Shown piece by piece: positions 1 to 13,859 of a DNA stretch of 64,000 bases. Under the pieces are notes generated by a model, which ran no database searches, had not been told where the DNA came from, and saw nothing but the letters and a program-made list of their open reading frames with translations. Position numbers and translations under genes: made by a program. Each line of letters starts with the position of its first letter. The stretch's first letter is position 1. This DNA is from Ginglymostoma cirratum (taxonomy: Eukaryota), in assembly GCA_024137785.1 (NCBI GenBank), contig JAHRHZ010000002.1:9852694-9916693 (forward strand). Direction: 5' to 3'.

Positions 1-273
1 GAAGATAAATCATGCCGTGTAAAGCAACGAGGCATTTTCCTCTTTTCCATAGGAAAAGTCATCCTGACATATATTTTCCTGAATCACCTACATTCCACGC
101 TTTAATCAATCTATCCAGAGGTGTAGGACATCAAATCCTTTTCAGTATGTGGAAATCTGGAACTAAAAGCCAATTTAATGGCAAACATTACCAATTGTCA
201 TGAAAGAAAATCTATCTGTTTCACTGATGGCTTTTGGGAATGAGGTTGATTGCTCATTCCTGGTCTGCTTTAT

Positions 274-1598
274 ATGTTAATCATATACACAGCAATATCT
301 TTGATATTAACTGCCCTCTGCAGTGGCTGACCAAGTCACCTGCTTGCACTATAAGTCTGATAAAAGGAATAAAATTGGACAGACCACAGAAATTGACCAA
401 AAACCCAAAATACAAAGATGCACACGGCCCTCCAAGCCTGTAGAGTCCTCTTTAGTCACATTTCTCTCAAAATGGTGACAGCTGGCCCACAGACAAATCA
501 AGGAACAACTTGAAATAATGATTATCATGGTGTCATACCCTACAGCCAGTGTTTCAGTCACTGTCATCGTCAAAAATGGGTAAATCCTGTCCAATTCACA
601 GTGCGATTAACAGTTGAGACAGGGTTAGCCTGAGACTTCTGAAAATTCACCTGGAACCAACGAAATCTCATGGAATCAGATGAAACAGAGATGGAGCAAA
701 AACAGAAGTTGCTGGAAAAGCTCAGCAGGTCTGATAGCGTCTGTGAAGAAAACAATCAGTTAACCTTTTGGGTCCGGTGACCTTTCTCAGGACTGATGGC
801 ACCTGGGAAAACATTGTTTTATATACAGAAAATAGGGATGGGGATGGGGTAGGGAGTAAATGATAGGATAGAGCCTGAAGAGAGAGAAGGGCAAAGGAGA
901 TGATAACAATCTGACTGGGAGGATGAATAGATATTAATGGGGAATGTTAGTAACTAACAATAGGTAGTCTGTAATGGCAGGCTATGTGATAATGAAGCCC
1001 GGCGTGTGGGATAGGGGGCTAGGACAAGGGAGATAATGAGTCTGGACAGCTGTAGGATCCCCAAGTGGAAAGCTCAGGGACTCTGCAGACACATATTCCT
1101 GTCCCCTCCCCAGACTCACCTCTCTGAGGAAGGGTCACCAGACCCAAAACGCTAACTCTGATTTTTTCTTCACAGATGCTGCCAAACCTGCCGAGCTTTC
1201 CAGCAACTTCAGTTTTTGTTTCTGATTTACAGCATCCGCAGTTCTTTCAGTTTTTATTGACACGGACTAGCAGTTCTCCCACTGATTAGCATTTGACAGT
1301 CACTCAATCTCTGCCTCCATGAATGAATCAGTTCTCGAACATGATAAAATCCATTTGGAGAATGCACAAAAGGTTACATCAAAAGAGAAACTACTCTGGG
1401 ATCCAACAGAATGTGTGGTTTGGAAATAATGTTAATCATATACACAGCAACATCTTTGATATTAACTGCCCTCTGCAGTGGCTGACCAAGTCACCTGTTT
1501 GTATCAAAGCACTATAACGCTGATAAAAGGAATAAAATTGGACAGACCACAGAAATTGACCAGAAACCCAAAATACAAAGATGCACACAGCCCTCCAA
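274..1598 (+). repeat. Local direct duplication, ~165 bp (274-435 vs 1429-1598)
   Basis: Near-identical ATGTTAATCATATACACAGCAA...GATGCACAC.GCCCTCCAA. Confidence 0.9.
697..1258. mobile_element. Penelope-like element remnant with inverted terminal (pseudo-LTR) repeats
   Basis: 697-790 (-) and 1124-1258 (+) are inverted copies of GAAGGGTCAC..GACCC.AAAC.TTAACTCTG...CAGATGCTGCCAGACCTGCTGAGC. Confidence 0.65.
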
Positions 1599-4500
1599 AG
1601 ATGTTGCTGTGTATATGATTAACATTATTTCCAAATATGTGTCTGCAGGGTCCCTGAGTTTTATTGGAAATAATATCATGACTTGATCTGGACCAGTTCT
1701 AAAGGACAGGACTAAGGCAGTTGCAGATATGCAACAAGAGGGATTACAGATTCTGACTTCTACTCTCCGATCCACTTGTAAAAAGATGATACCATAAAAG
1801 ACAGTATCAGTAAGATGGACAACTTGCGATGACGAGGTCAAGCTTTGATATTTATTGTTCCATTGTTTCTTGTGTTCATAATGTCATGCTGAATCAGGTA
1901 GATTTTGAACTGAGCATTTCACAACAGGGTATTCATAAGATCTGTGGATAATCAGCAATTCAAATATCAGATTGAACCACGATCTGTAACTCATATAACA
2001 CCACTCTACCATGACCAGGAGATCAAGCCAAAGGATCAACCTTGGTTCAATGAAGCATGCTCAGGTGCATTTAAGGAAAAGAAGCTGGGGTATTCCTGAA
2101 AAAAAAACTATAGAGTCTTATATTCACAACACAGAGACTTTCGAAAATGTCACATGCCTTTATTGTGCTAAGGCGAATAGGCTTCAAATAGATTCAGAAT
2201 CAAAGCTAGGTATCCACAAGCCACTGAGGAAATAGCATCATCACAATTCTACCACCTGAAAACCCACAAAGTGGCATAATTTCCCAATCTATAACCATAC
2301 TACCCAGTGTGTCCTGTGTTCAAAGAACAGTGCAGGTGGACGTGTTTTGGAGCAGCACCATTCAGACCTAAAAATGTTGTGCCATCCTGTTGAAGCTAAA
2401 GCCATAGAACTATTCACATACTGACGTGTAGAAACTGCATACATTAGACAGAGGCAAGCATGTCCACAAGCAATAGATCAGTTGCAAGCACTGCAGCACT
2501 GAAACTTCCAGGTAAGAATGTTCATGGACAATTAAACAACCAACAGGAAGAGTGGGAACCTAAAACCAAACCCTGTGCTTGTGGAGTGGGCACCCCTGCA
2601 CATCAATGCAAAATAAAAGGCTGAAGACTTTTTAATGTTCTTCAACTTCACTGTAAATGCCGTACGATCAATCCAGTTCAGCTTCCTCCAGATGCCCCCA
2701 ACATTAATGTAACAATTTTTATCCAACTTGATTCGCTCCACATGATGTCTCAAATTGGCTGAAGGTCAAGATGCTGCAAGCCAACGGAGCCAGAGAATAT
2801 TCCAGGAATGATACTAATGGTTTACTGATGGAAAACTGCGACTGTAGCACTACTAAGAACTTGCACACTGCTCTCTTTGACGGGAATTCCCATCCACATT
2901 GCATCTGAATGAGGATTACCTTGACAGCACTTATTGTCTAAATCAGCTTGACTGTATATGAGAATCTGACGTGTACAGCTTTGTGAAACTGTCAAATTCT
3001 TCAGGCCACGTCACACAAATGACTATCGTCTTAACCTGATCAGCCTTTACTCATAAGACAACTCCTTTATTGTTTTCTTCCAAACTTCCTCCAAAGCAAC
3101 TGCATCTCTCCTCAAGTAATTGGAACAAGTCCTCCAATGGTGGCTTCATCAATATCCAAAACAATTGTGAGGAGACCTGCCCACTTTATAGGTTGCATTG
3201 CCTTGTAGTAAAGGTTGAAATTCCATTTCCCTCTCTGATTGCTTGTGATACCCGAATGTCAGTCTTTGCATAACATCAGCCCTCCTGAACTAAGCATTCT
3301 CCATTAAAAATATCTTTCATACTAGCCTTTGGAATAAAGTGGGCACAGACACACATTCTTGCGTGTTACTGCATCTCCCAAAATTTTGTCTAACTCACTG
3401 AATGTATGTCCTTTAAATATTCTGGACATCCTGTCAAATATTGCTTTTCTATCTATCTTCTGTCTTTGTGTTATCAACAGATTTGGTTACAATGCACTTG
3501 CTCCTTTAATCAACTTAATTAACATAATTTTTTTAAAGTGCTGGAAAACACACTTAACACCGAAGATTGAATTCTTACACTCATCAGATCAATTGAAAAC
3601 AAATATCAGTACAAAGGGAGAAGAAGATTTACTCTATTTGTGATGAGAGCATTGATTTTTGGCAAGTTGATTCTGATTAGTGGAGTTGCTAGAAAGAGAA
3701 TGGAGCAGATCAATGATGTTAGACAGTTTACTGCCAATGCCTAATAATTTTAGTTTTTGAACAGGCAATTATACTTTGATTGATTAAGGCATTGCTCTGA
3801 GAAATAGGATAGAGAATACCTGTGACCTTGTTTTTAAATTGAACAGGTCCACTTTGAAGTGCACTTTCATTTTACCTGCAATAGAGGGGCCATGTGCAAA
3901 AGTATGTTATTGCTTCCAGCATGTTTAAGATTGCCTTTTAGCGAGTTTTTATTTTTAGTGAGATGTTAGTTTCAGGTTAAACATCTAAAGGTCATTTTAC
4001 GGGCAGAGAACATTTTATGGAGACAGTTTAGAGACAAAAGATCATGTTATGGGTGCAGTATTACTGTAGGTGGTGAGGGGTCAGCTTGGATGGAGGAATC
4101 AATTTGAGAATTGTCAATACATTTGGATGATGAATTGTCTGACTTGTGTGACGATAAACTTGGTCAGTTTAACTCAGAAGGGTCAGTTTTGAGGGTGACG
4201 AGTCAGCATGTACCACAGGATATATATTCCCCTGAGATAACAAGGTGTAGAGCTGGATGGACACAGCAGGCCAAGCATATATTCCCCTTTCTGGTTGCAA
4301 TCACATTAGTTGTTCTCTTGGTCAAGGATCTGGTGCTCTTATTTCTTTTTTCCACGAGTGCAGCCTCGCTTTAGTTCTATATGGAAGGAGTCTTTACTAT
4401 ATTGGCCTGTAATGTGGAAGGTGGTTATTCATCATTGTCTCTGATTTTTCTGGAGTTTATTGCGATTCATTTGTGGACGTACACAGTGCCCCTGCATAAT

Positions 4501-7500
4501 AATTAGGAAGAAAATGTAGCCAACTCTATCATCTTGTTAAATATCAATAGCGTGAGTGGTGTTTTTGTGCAATGAATCACAGAATCATTGAATCCTTTAC
4601 AGTGTGGAAGCAGGACATTTGGCCCATCAATTCTACACTGACCCTCCAAAGAACATCCCACCAAGAACACCTCCTACCCTATCCCTGTAACCCTGCATTC
4701 CCCATGGATAATCTACCTTATCTGTGCATCCCTGGACATTGAAGTCCACAAAGAATCTGTGGAATTCTTTCCTACAAATGAATATCGAGGTAAGTTAATG
4801 AAAGTTTTTAGGGGAAACGCAACAAAGTGCAGTTGTTGGATTATCGGATTACCATGATCTCATGGAATAGTGGTGCAGATTTAAGGGGCTGAATGGCCTA
4901 CTGATGTCCTATGGTCTCCTATGTCGTATGATTATGTCTCATGGAACTGTGGAAATATAGAAGAATGAATGGAGAACCTATTCGATATATGAAGATGTAT
5001 TGGTGCCTCCATTTAATCCATCATGCAATAAATCAGAGACGAAGAGTTTACATTTTAAGTAAGATCATCATACTTTTAGTCTTTAAGTATCTAAGTCATT
5101 CTAATCCCTTTTGTTCGCTCTTGAAGAATAAAGTCACTATTTTCTCAAACTCATTAAATCACAAGGAAGTTTATTTAAGAGTTACATTTTAAGTACTAAC
5201 GTATATTGGTCTCATCAAGTTGCACCCAAAAGACTACTGTAGTCTGTCATCAGTTGTCCCTGCCTGTGGCTATGATTTCAATTTTTGTGTCCATGACTAT
5301 GGAGAAGATGTATTCTGGTAAAAGTTGTAATGGAAGTGCAAGTTTTACATCAATTGTCTAACCTTGTTTACATGGTAATGGAAATAAAAGATGAAGATAG
5401 GAAGGAGGGACTAATTGAACTACTTCTCACAAAGTTTAAATGAAGCACTATTGGTACAGGGTGTGGTTCATCTCTCTACTCTTTCTTTTCATATCATAAC
5501 ATATTTAACCATCCACCTGGGAGAACAAGCCATCCCACAGATAGTATTCAATGAACAGAATTCCTTCAATACTGCATGCTTTCATCCAGCTTGGGGTATT
5601 GGAGGGATGGCGATAGCTCCATAGAGCATTCTGTGTAGCAACTAATTAACATTTGGCATTCTTGCATTTATCCTGTTGACTCGAAGGTAGAATCAATTTC
5701 CCTTCACGGATGCTCTATCTGCTCTATTTCTCCAGCATTCTCTGTGTTGGTCTCAGATGTCCAGCATCCACAGTATTTTGCTTTTATTCCTATCTTTGTT
5801 CTTAGTCTCAAAAGCTGTGGTTGAATTTTTACTTGTTGAACAGCATTTTTTTTTTGTGTGCCCCTTTCTTTCTTTACCTTTATTTCTCTCCCATCTCCCA
5901 AATTCCCCTGGCTTTTTAGCTTGTCAGTCACATCAACATGTTCCTGATTTCCCAACACTTTATGAAAAGTCACCAGGGACTGGAACACAATTTCTAAATA
6001 GCGGCTTCTCTCTCTCTGCCTCCATTATGTGTCAGAGTGTCTCCACTTCTCTCCAGCTCAATATCTCTGGCCAGGAGGGTCCAGGACTATACATCTGCTG
6101 AAGAAATGTTCCCTACTTCAAGACAGTCACACTGTTTTAAAAACTCAAATATACTATTGTGAAGACATAAACCTTGCTATACCAAATATTAGTCTTGATT
6201 ATTGGTAGAACAGAACAGTATAATGTGTTAGGCTTATCTTAGTTTTAAGCTTTTTTTAATTCTACTAAGCAACATAACATTGAGCAAAATGTTGTTTTAT
6301 TGTATACATTTACCATTGTTGTAAATGCCATACAAGATTCAAAATTTAGATAGTTGCTGCGTCAAGCTTTTTCAAATCACTACAAGTAATAAAAACAGAC
6401 TCACTCCAATTCCTTTTCAAATTGTTGCAACTTTGTGTGTTGTAAGTGTCAACTTCCCACTCTATTTGTTCTTTTCTCCAAATTTGCTGGCAGCCTGATT
6501 GGAGACTGTGCAGGCAGCCATAGGGTTTCTGTCAAGTTGGAAGGAAAGAGCAGAAGCTGGTGGAATTTGAGCTTGGGATGGAGGCACAAATTTACCAGTC
6601 AAAGCACCCATTGAGATGAGTTCATAAATTTTGCATTTACGAGCTAGGAGCAAGTGTATTTTACTTTTACTCATTTATTTTGTGCCCATAATTTGAAATT
6701 TCCATTCATTACATTAATTTTGCCTCTAAAAATTCTGGAAACAGTAAGTCAAAAAATTAAATAAGATTCTGGATGGCTGGTGATAGCAAAGAGAAAGCGA
6801 ACATACATTCACACAGCTCCTTTACTTTTCTCAGGATACTGCAAATTGGTTTAACTTCCAGCGGTTCAACGGTTTTGCTGTGGTTTTACGAAAGGAAACA
6901 CAGTTGCTGTGTCATACACAGGAACTTCTCCAAAAAGGTCAGAATAATTTACTGTTAGGTGATAGTTGAGAGTTAAACAGCAGTCTCAAAACAACAAGGA
7001 CATTCCAAAATTCTCTTTTCTTCGGAATTAAGGAAATGGTACATTTCATCTCTATCCAGTGGCAAAGTCAGCCTCCTCGTTTTACATCTTATTCGAAAGA
7101 AAACATAGCTGGGGGAGTAGCTTTCCCTCACTAGGTTCCACAAAACATTACACTGGATCTTTTAACCACGTTTCTGCAAGGTACTCGGTGCCCAGTACCT
7201 TCTAACTCAGAAGTGCAGTGTGACCACTGATGCAAAACTGACAACCAAATGGAACCATTCTATCAAGCAAATTAGACTCAAACTTTAGTGAAAGAAGACA
7301 TAGTTGAGACACTGAATGAGCAGAACATTGCTACTAGCAACATTTAGTTACCAGAACCCAATAAAATGCATTAGATTTGAAGATCAGCTACAAATTGTGG
7401 GAGTCGAATCTTCCGTGATGTCATTGTGCCAGACGGATGGAGAATTGCACATTGTACGCCATTGTTCACAAAAAGGTCCAGGATAACCCCAGCAAAGACA

Positions 7501-10299
7501 GACCAGTCATCTTAATGCCTGTGATGAGCAAGCAGAAGGCAGCAGGAATGGTTAATAGGGTAGTTAAGGAGGCATGCAGGACACTTGCCTGTCTTGATCA
7601 TAGCAAGGAGCAGGGAGGTTTTGTGGAGCTGTACAGGCTTTTGGTCAAACCACAGCTTAAGTCAATACCAAGATGGCATAATTTCAAGGTGAAAGACAGG
7701 AGATTTAGAGTGGATTTTAGGAAAGAAAATTCTAAAACACAGTGCCTGGGAGGCTAGTTGAGGCGAGAAACCTTTAAAACGTACTTGGATGAACAGTAGA
7801 AATGTCACAGCATTTAGGGCTATGTGTCAATAGCTAGAAATTTAGATGAGAGCAATTTAGCAAATTATTTTTTGTTGGAGCAGACTCAGTGAGCCAAACT
7901 GCCTTTACTTAACTTTACGATTCTATAATTCAACTTAGCTGTGATTCTGTGCAACAATCTGTAGGTTTGAAAAATTGGAGGATTAATTCAGGAAAATATA
8001 TCATGGATTAATTCAGATTCATTAATTTGATTCAGTTTATGTATGAGCAAACAAAGAGATCTTACAAGGATAATGCAGTTCTGAATAAGGGTCCTGACCC
8101 GAAATGTCGACTTTCCTATTCCTCTGATGCTGCCTGACCTGCTATGTTCCTCCAGCTCCACACTGTGTTGCTGTGACTCCAGCATCTGCAGTTCTTGCTA
8201 TAAACAAGAATAACACAATTTTTTTTTTGTTGTGTACATGCTGTTTTGAAAAGCCACATAAAGTGTCATGTTAAAAACTTGTCAGTAAAGATGAAATCCA
8301 TAAAATAGAAAGGGGCCAACCCACATTTAAAAAAGAAACTTGATATTGCAGGCAGTATTGGTGGAAATACTAGAGTTCAAAAAAAAATTACATTGATGGA
8401 TTAGTTGAACTGTGGCAAATCAAATTAAAGATTAACAAGCATGAATCAATTCACTACAAACAGAAAATAGACAGTACAGAAAAGTTGCTAAATAGTGAAA
8501 AGTTTGAAAGACTGCAGACCAAATGAGACATTGTCAACATGGCTTTCTTAAAGGGAAATCATTCAAAACAAATTCAGTTGAATCTTTGTGGATGTAGCTA
8601 GTGAGCGTGGGGGGTCTGATGTTTCAATGGGTAATTTGCATGCTTCTGAGCCTGCAGTTCTATGTTTAGGTCCAGTCCCAGGTCTTGATAGTCACAAAAC
8701 GTAGCATTCATAATAAAATGTAGCATGTAGCATTCTCAATTTGTAAATTCATCTGAGACACCCATTCAGATGGCAAGAGCAGGAGTATCCCTCTCTGCCA
8801 TGATTAGTAAAGAGTGGCGTCCTTCAAGCAAAGCATCTAACAAAAGGCAAGTGATCTGTTCCCTGAAATCTGGACATGAAACGAATGACAAGCATGAATA
8901 TGTGTCCCATGTGCCTTCCGATATGGGAGAATAACCAGGAAAAAAACAAAAAAAAAGTAGCAGGATAGATAAAGACATTGGATATGACACAACTCAGTAA
9001 GATAACATACAAAATGAAGAAACATGTAGTGGGGACACATATTAGAATGTATAGAGAACTGTAATGCAATCCCAGAAGGATAAATGTTAGGGCCACAGTT
9101 ATTTATATTAACATTGGAACTTTAAAAGGGATTAGTTTGTCAATTTCTCTGAAGATTCAAATCTAGGTGAGAATAACATGGACGTGTAGGACACACTGAC
9201 CCTCAAAGAGACGTGGACAGAACCACTGACTGTATCGCAAGGTGATAAATGAAATACAACATGGACAGTGTCAGATTACTCACTTTAACAGGAAAACTAG
9301 AAAAGCATAATATTTACTAAAATAAGTCAATCTTTTAATTGCTCAGTAAAAGGTGGACGTAGTCTGATAAGAAACACAGAAAGTTAGGAAGTAGACCATA
9401 CATGCAATTAAGAAGAAAAGAAGCGCGGTGCATTTTTTTTATGGTATGACAATTGAAGTGAAAAACTAAAAACATCTTGCTTTGATTTTACAAAGCTTTG
9501 TTGAGACCGTAGCATAAATATTACATCTTTATATTTAAGCAAGAATAACCTTGCCTTGGAAGTGAAACAGAGAAGTTGAGGACTTTGATTCCACGTCACA
9601 TACTGGAAAGATCAGAAAAACATAATGGAATGCAGGGAAATATTGTGAGTTTGATACAAGATTGGCTCAGTGACAGGAAGCAAACAGTATTGATCGATGG
9701 AGTTTTTATGAATGGAAGTGGTTCAATGTTGGTTCCATTGATATATAATCTGCATCTGAATTAATTGGAGTTAATGTGAGAGTCACGATGGGAAAAATTG
9801 TGGAAGAGAGAAAGCTGAATGATGTACTCGATAGTGAATAGGCTAACTGCCGATTCCAGAATTAGATCAATGGTTTGATTTAGTGGGTGAAATGTACGAA
9901 CATTGGAACATGGGATCAAAAGCAGTGCATCCAGATGGTTAAGCCTATCCTGTCATTCAGTACTATTATGCTAATCGAAAACTACCATGCCTTGTGCACA
10001 CCCCATCCCCATAATCCTGAATGCCATTGGAAGTCAGAAATATCAATTTCTGCCTTAAATGCACTCAAATTCTGAGCTTCCACACATCTCCTGTTGAGAA
10101 TTCCAAAGCCTCACAACCTTCTGTGGAAAATAAATTCTCGTCATCTCAGACCTAAGTGGCATCCCACAATTTCTAAATTGTGCATATCTGTTCTAGACTC
10201 CCCAGCCAGGTGAACCCTGAACTATGGTGGCAAATACAATTCAAGCAAAAGATGTGAGATAAAGAATTTGTTTAAGTCAAACAAAGGTAAGGAATCCCA

Positions 10300-11505
10300 A
10301 TAAACAGGTGGATATTAAGATAAGCATTAATATGGACTTTATGTTCAACAAGGTTCTTCATGGTAGACTGGTTAGCAATGTTAGGTCATTTGTAATACAG
10401 GGAGAACCAACCATTTGGATACAGAGCTGGCTCAAAGGTAGAAGACAGAAGGTGTTGATGGGGGGTTGCTTTTCAGACTGGAGGCATGTGACCGTGGTGT
10501 GCCACAAGGATCAGTGTTGGGTCCACTACTTTGTGTCATTTATATAAATGCTTTGGATGTCAACACAGGATGAACAGTTAGTAAGTTTGCAGATGATGCC
10601 AAAATTGGGGGTGTAGTGGACAGCAAAGAAGGTTACCTCAGAGCGCAATGGAAGCTTGATCAGATGAGCCAATGGGCTGAGGGGTGGCAGATAGAGTTTA
10701 ATTTAGATAAACATAAGGTATTGCATTTTGGAAAGGCAAATCAGAGCAGGACTTACACACATAATGGTAAGGCCCTGGGGAGTGTTGCTGAACAAAGAGA
10801 CTTTGAAGTGCAGGCTCATAATTTCTTGAAAGTGGAGTCACAGGTAGATAGGATAGTGAAGAAGGCATTTGATATGCTTGTCTTTCTTGGACAGTGCATT
10901 GAGTGCAGGAGTTGCGAGGTCATGTTGTAGCTGTACAGGACATTTGGTATGCCACTTTTGGAATACTTTGTGCAATTCCAGTCACCCTGCTATAGGAAGG
11001 ATATTGTGAAACTTGAAAGGGTTCAGAAAAGGTTTACAAGGATGTTGCCAAGGTTGGAGGGCTGAAGCTGTAGGGAGAGGCTGTATAGGTTAGGGCTATT
11101 TTCCCTGAAGCATTGGAGGCTGATGGGTGACCTTATAGAAGTTTATAAAATCATGAGGGGCATGGATAGGGTGAACAGACAGGGTCTCTTCCCTGATGTG
11201 AAACAGTCAAAGACTAGAGGGCATATATTTAAAGCGAGAGCCAAAAGATTTAAAAAGAACCTGTGGAGCAACTTTTTCGTGCTGAGGGTGGTGCGTGTAT
11301 GAAATAAGCTGCCAGAGGAAGTGGCAGAGGCTGGTACAATTACAATATTTAAAAAGTGTTTGGATGGGTATATGAATGTGAAGGATTTAAAGGAATATGG
11401 GCCAAATGCTGGCAAATCAGATGAGATTTATTGAGGATATCTGCCCGCATGGACAAGTTAGACCAAAGGGTCTGTTTCTGTGCTGTACTCTACGAGTCTG
11501 TGAAT
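10300..11505 (+). mobile_element. CR1/HER1-type LINE, 3' fragment (decayed RT + tail)
   Basis: MDF..FNKV.HGRL, KFADD, FN..K..VLHFG and LERVQ-like motifs broken by stops; ends in a CTATGA-type tail. Confidence 0.9.
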
Positions 11506-12144
11506 CTATGAGCAGAAAAAGGGAGAAACCTTTGACTGCATACCCTCAGTTGGTGAATAAAGTATATGGATTGTGTTCATTTATCAGAAACAGTCTAGAA
11601 TACAAAAGCATGAATGTTATAATAGGATTGTGTAAAATGCTGTTTAGGAAAAAGTTGAAATAAATTTGAACAATTCTGACCACCACATTGCAGTAACGAT
11701 AATACTGTGATAGAGAGAACAAGTGATTACAAAGGAAATTAATAATCATGCTGCTAAGGCATGAAAATTGCAGCTATGGTGCCAGATTTGATTGCCTAGG
11801 CTCCTGTTCCTCAGAACTGAGGAAGGTGTGGGTTTATTTAGTTTCAGTGTTCAGAATTACGAGGGGCCTAGATCGAATAGACAGGAATGATGCAATTATC
11901 CTAATGGAGATGCCTACTTCCAAGAGGTACAGATTTCATTTGATTGGTCGAAGGATTAGAGGGGACATGAGGAGAAATAGTTCAAGAAGGCTGTGGATGT
12001 CTGGAATTCTCTGATTGGTTTGATTATAAAGGCACAAAAACTCTGTTGTGAAGTACTAAATGTAGTAAAGTACTAGGTCCTTCGGTCAAACTTGTCCATG
12101 CCGACCAGATATCCTAAATAAATCCGTCTGATTTGCCAGTACTT

Positions 12145-13121
12145 GTGGATTGGGTGGCAGGAAGTTAGAATTTGGTGTTTGTAAAATGCTAGTGAGGGAA
12201 CGCATTGCGTGGTCACTTTAAAAGACCATGTGCTTTTTCTGGGCTTAGACATTTAAAATGGATATCTGGGAACAGCTGCTTGAAAGCTTGCAACCACACA
12301 GAGAGCGCCCAAATTGAAACATTTGTATCGAAAGGCCATACAGTTAGCAGGCCAAGCAGAAGTTGTTACCAAAACCACAGGCTTTTGAATTTAGCCAATC
12401 AATTTGAACCAGGTACTTAAATACCAAAAACCTATTCAATTTAAGTCTGATGGTTTTGACAACATAGGACCAATTCTATTGTAAGACATATCGATATGTC
12501 ATCAAGGGTATAAAAGAAGGGAGAAAAACAAAGACCCCAGAGAACCAGCTGCCAGCTACCAGAGCTAAAAGCCCTCAGCTCTCAAGAGAGAATCGCTGGC
12601 TCTCATAGTCTCCTCTATATCTTAGAGAAAGCAACATCTAATAACTACGGTACCAACAGCTCAACTAGTTAATATTATTGACAGAAGAATCGATGAAGAA
12701 GGTATTCCTGACAGGAGAATCGATGGAGAAGGCACAGAACATTCTGGAAGACATGTCACCTGGCTGAATTTCGAGAGACTAAATTCTGATTTTTTATATA
12801 TATAAGTGAGACTTATACTTACTGGAACAGCATACCATTAGAATCTTGCTTTATTCGGGAGTAGTTAGTAGTTTTAAGGGTTTTATTTGGTTTGTTAATA
12901 GTTTAGTTAATTTGTTCACTGTTAGAGTTCAATAAATAAATTGTCACTTGTTGATTTGAAAGTGAGTGTCAGAGATTGATTTTATTTAACTACTAGAAGT
13001 TGCTGAAAAGCAGGTTACACCATTTTCACTCTCCGTTTGCAGATTATACGGCGAGGTGCTCCTCTTTGGGTATTTTGGTTTTAGTTCTCAGGGGGAGGTT
13101 GCCAAACTCCACTTTATAACA
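12145..13121 (+). mobile_element. Possible solo LTR
   Basis: TG...ATAACA ends, CCAAT boxes (~12396, 12470), TATAAAA at ~12509, AATAAA at ~12931. No target-site duplication was confirmed. Confidence 0.35.
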
Positions 13122-13742
13122 ATCCCACTTACACCTCAATAGCTTCATTCTGCCATAACTTTCTGGTAGCTCTGAGTCAATGATTGACAGGAAGGGAGTT
13201 GGTCTGTGAAAAGAAATGGAAAAAATGTCCTATTCCCTCTCATAAAAGAAGGAGAGGTGATCACATTGAATGATATATGATATTGAAGAGAATTGGTAAG
13301 GTAGCCTTTGATAAAATATTTCTACTAGCTGGAAGAGTAACTGAGAGCTATAGTATGAAAATGAAAGAGATAAGCGTGAAATTGTTACAATATTGGAATT
13401 GTAAAAGATAGGTGAAAGGTAATAGAGTGGAGAATTGTCTCTTGACTTTAAATGAGCAAGTCTTATTGTTTGTCTAGGTTTAGAAATTAGCTGTTCCTTT
13501 TTTAACACATCTTCTGTTGACAAGATGTCATGTTATTCTTAGAAATCGCCCCTGTTGTTCCCAAAGGTGCAGATGATACTGCTACCTTACCTGAAGACTT
13601 CATCAGTGAAATTCCAGAGAGTGTTTGGACCATCTGTGTTCACATTCTTAGAACAAGGAGTCTTAGGGATTGAACATCATTGCATCATTTAGGGAGTTCA
13701 CTATAAGTAACCTCCCAATTTCTCCTCTTTTTTAAATTTCAG

Positions 13743-13859
13743 TTGGATCAATCACTCGAATGCCTTCAACTTCTGAAGACAAACTGAAATTGCTTTCGAC
13801 ACCGGTAGCTCAGCTTGTGTCCATATACTATCCTATCCTCGCAGTAGCTGGAGTGCCTG
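13743..13859 (+). pseudogene. Orphan N-terminal/TM1 exon of a GPR139/GPR142-like GPCR
   Basis: Pyrimidine tract plus AG at 13741-13742; ATG at 13760. MPSTSEDKLKLLSTPVAQLVSIYYPILAVAGVP ends CCT G|GT, which matches the IYYPxLxxxGxP motif and phase-1 intron position of this family. The donor GTCAAT is weak and no downstream 7TM exon was found in the window. Confidence 0.6.

Noticed and set aside
5253-5317. Possible upstream phase-1 exon (..MTMEKMYS G|GTAAAA) for the GPCR-like exon
   Set aside because: Short, weak splice signals and no recognisable homology; cannot be distinguished from chance.
12-13700. Numerous 60-115 aa ORFs
   Set aside because: No recognisable domains other than LINE remnants; lengths are as expected by chance or fall within repeats.
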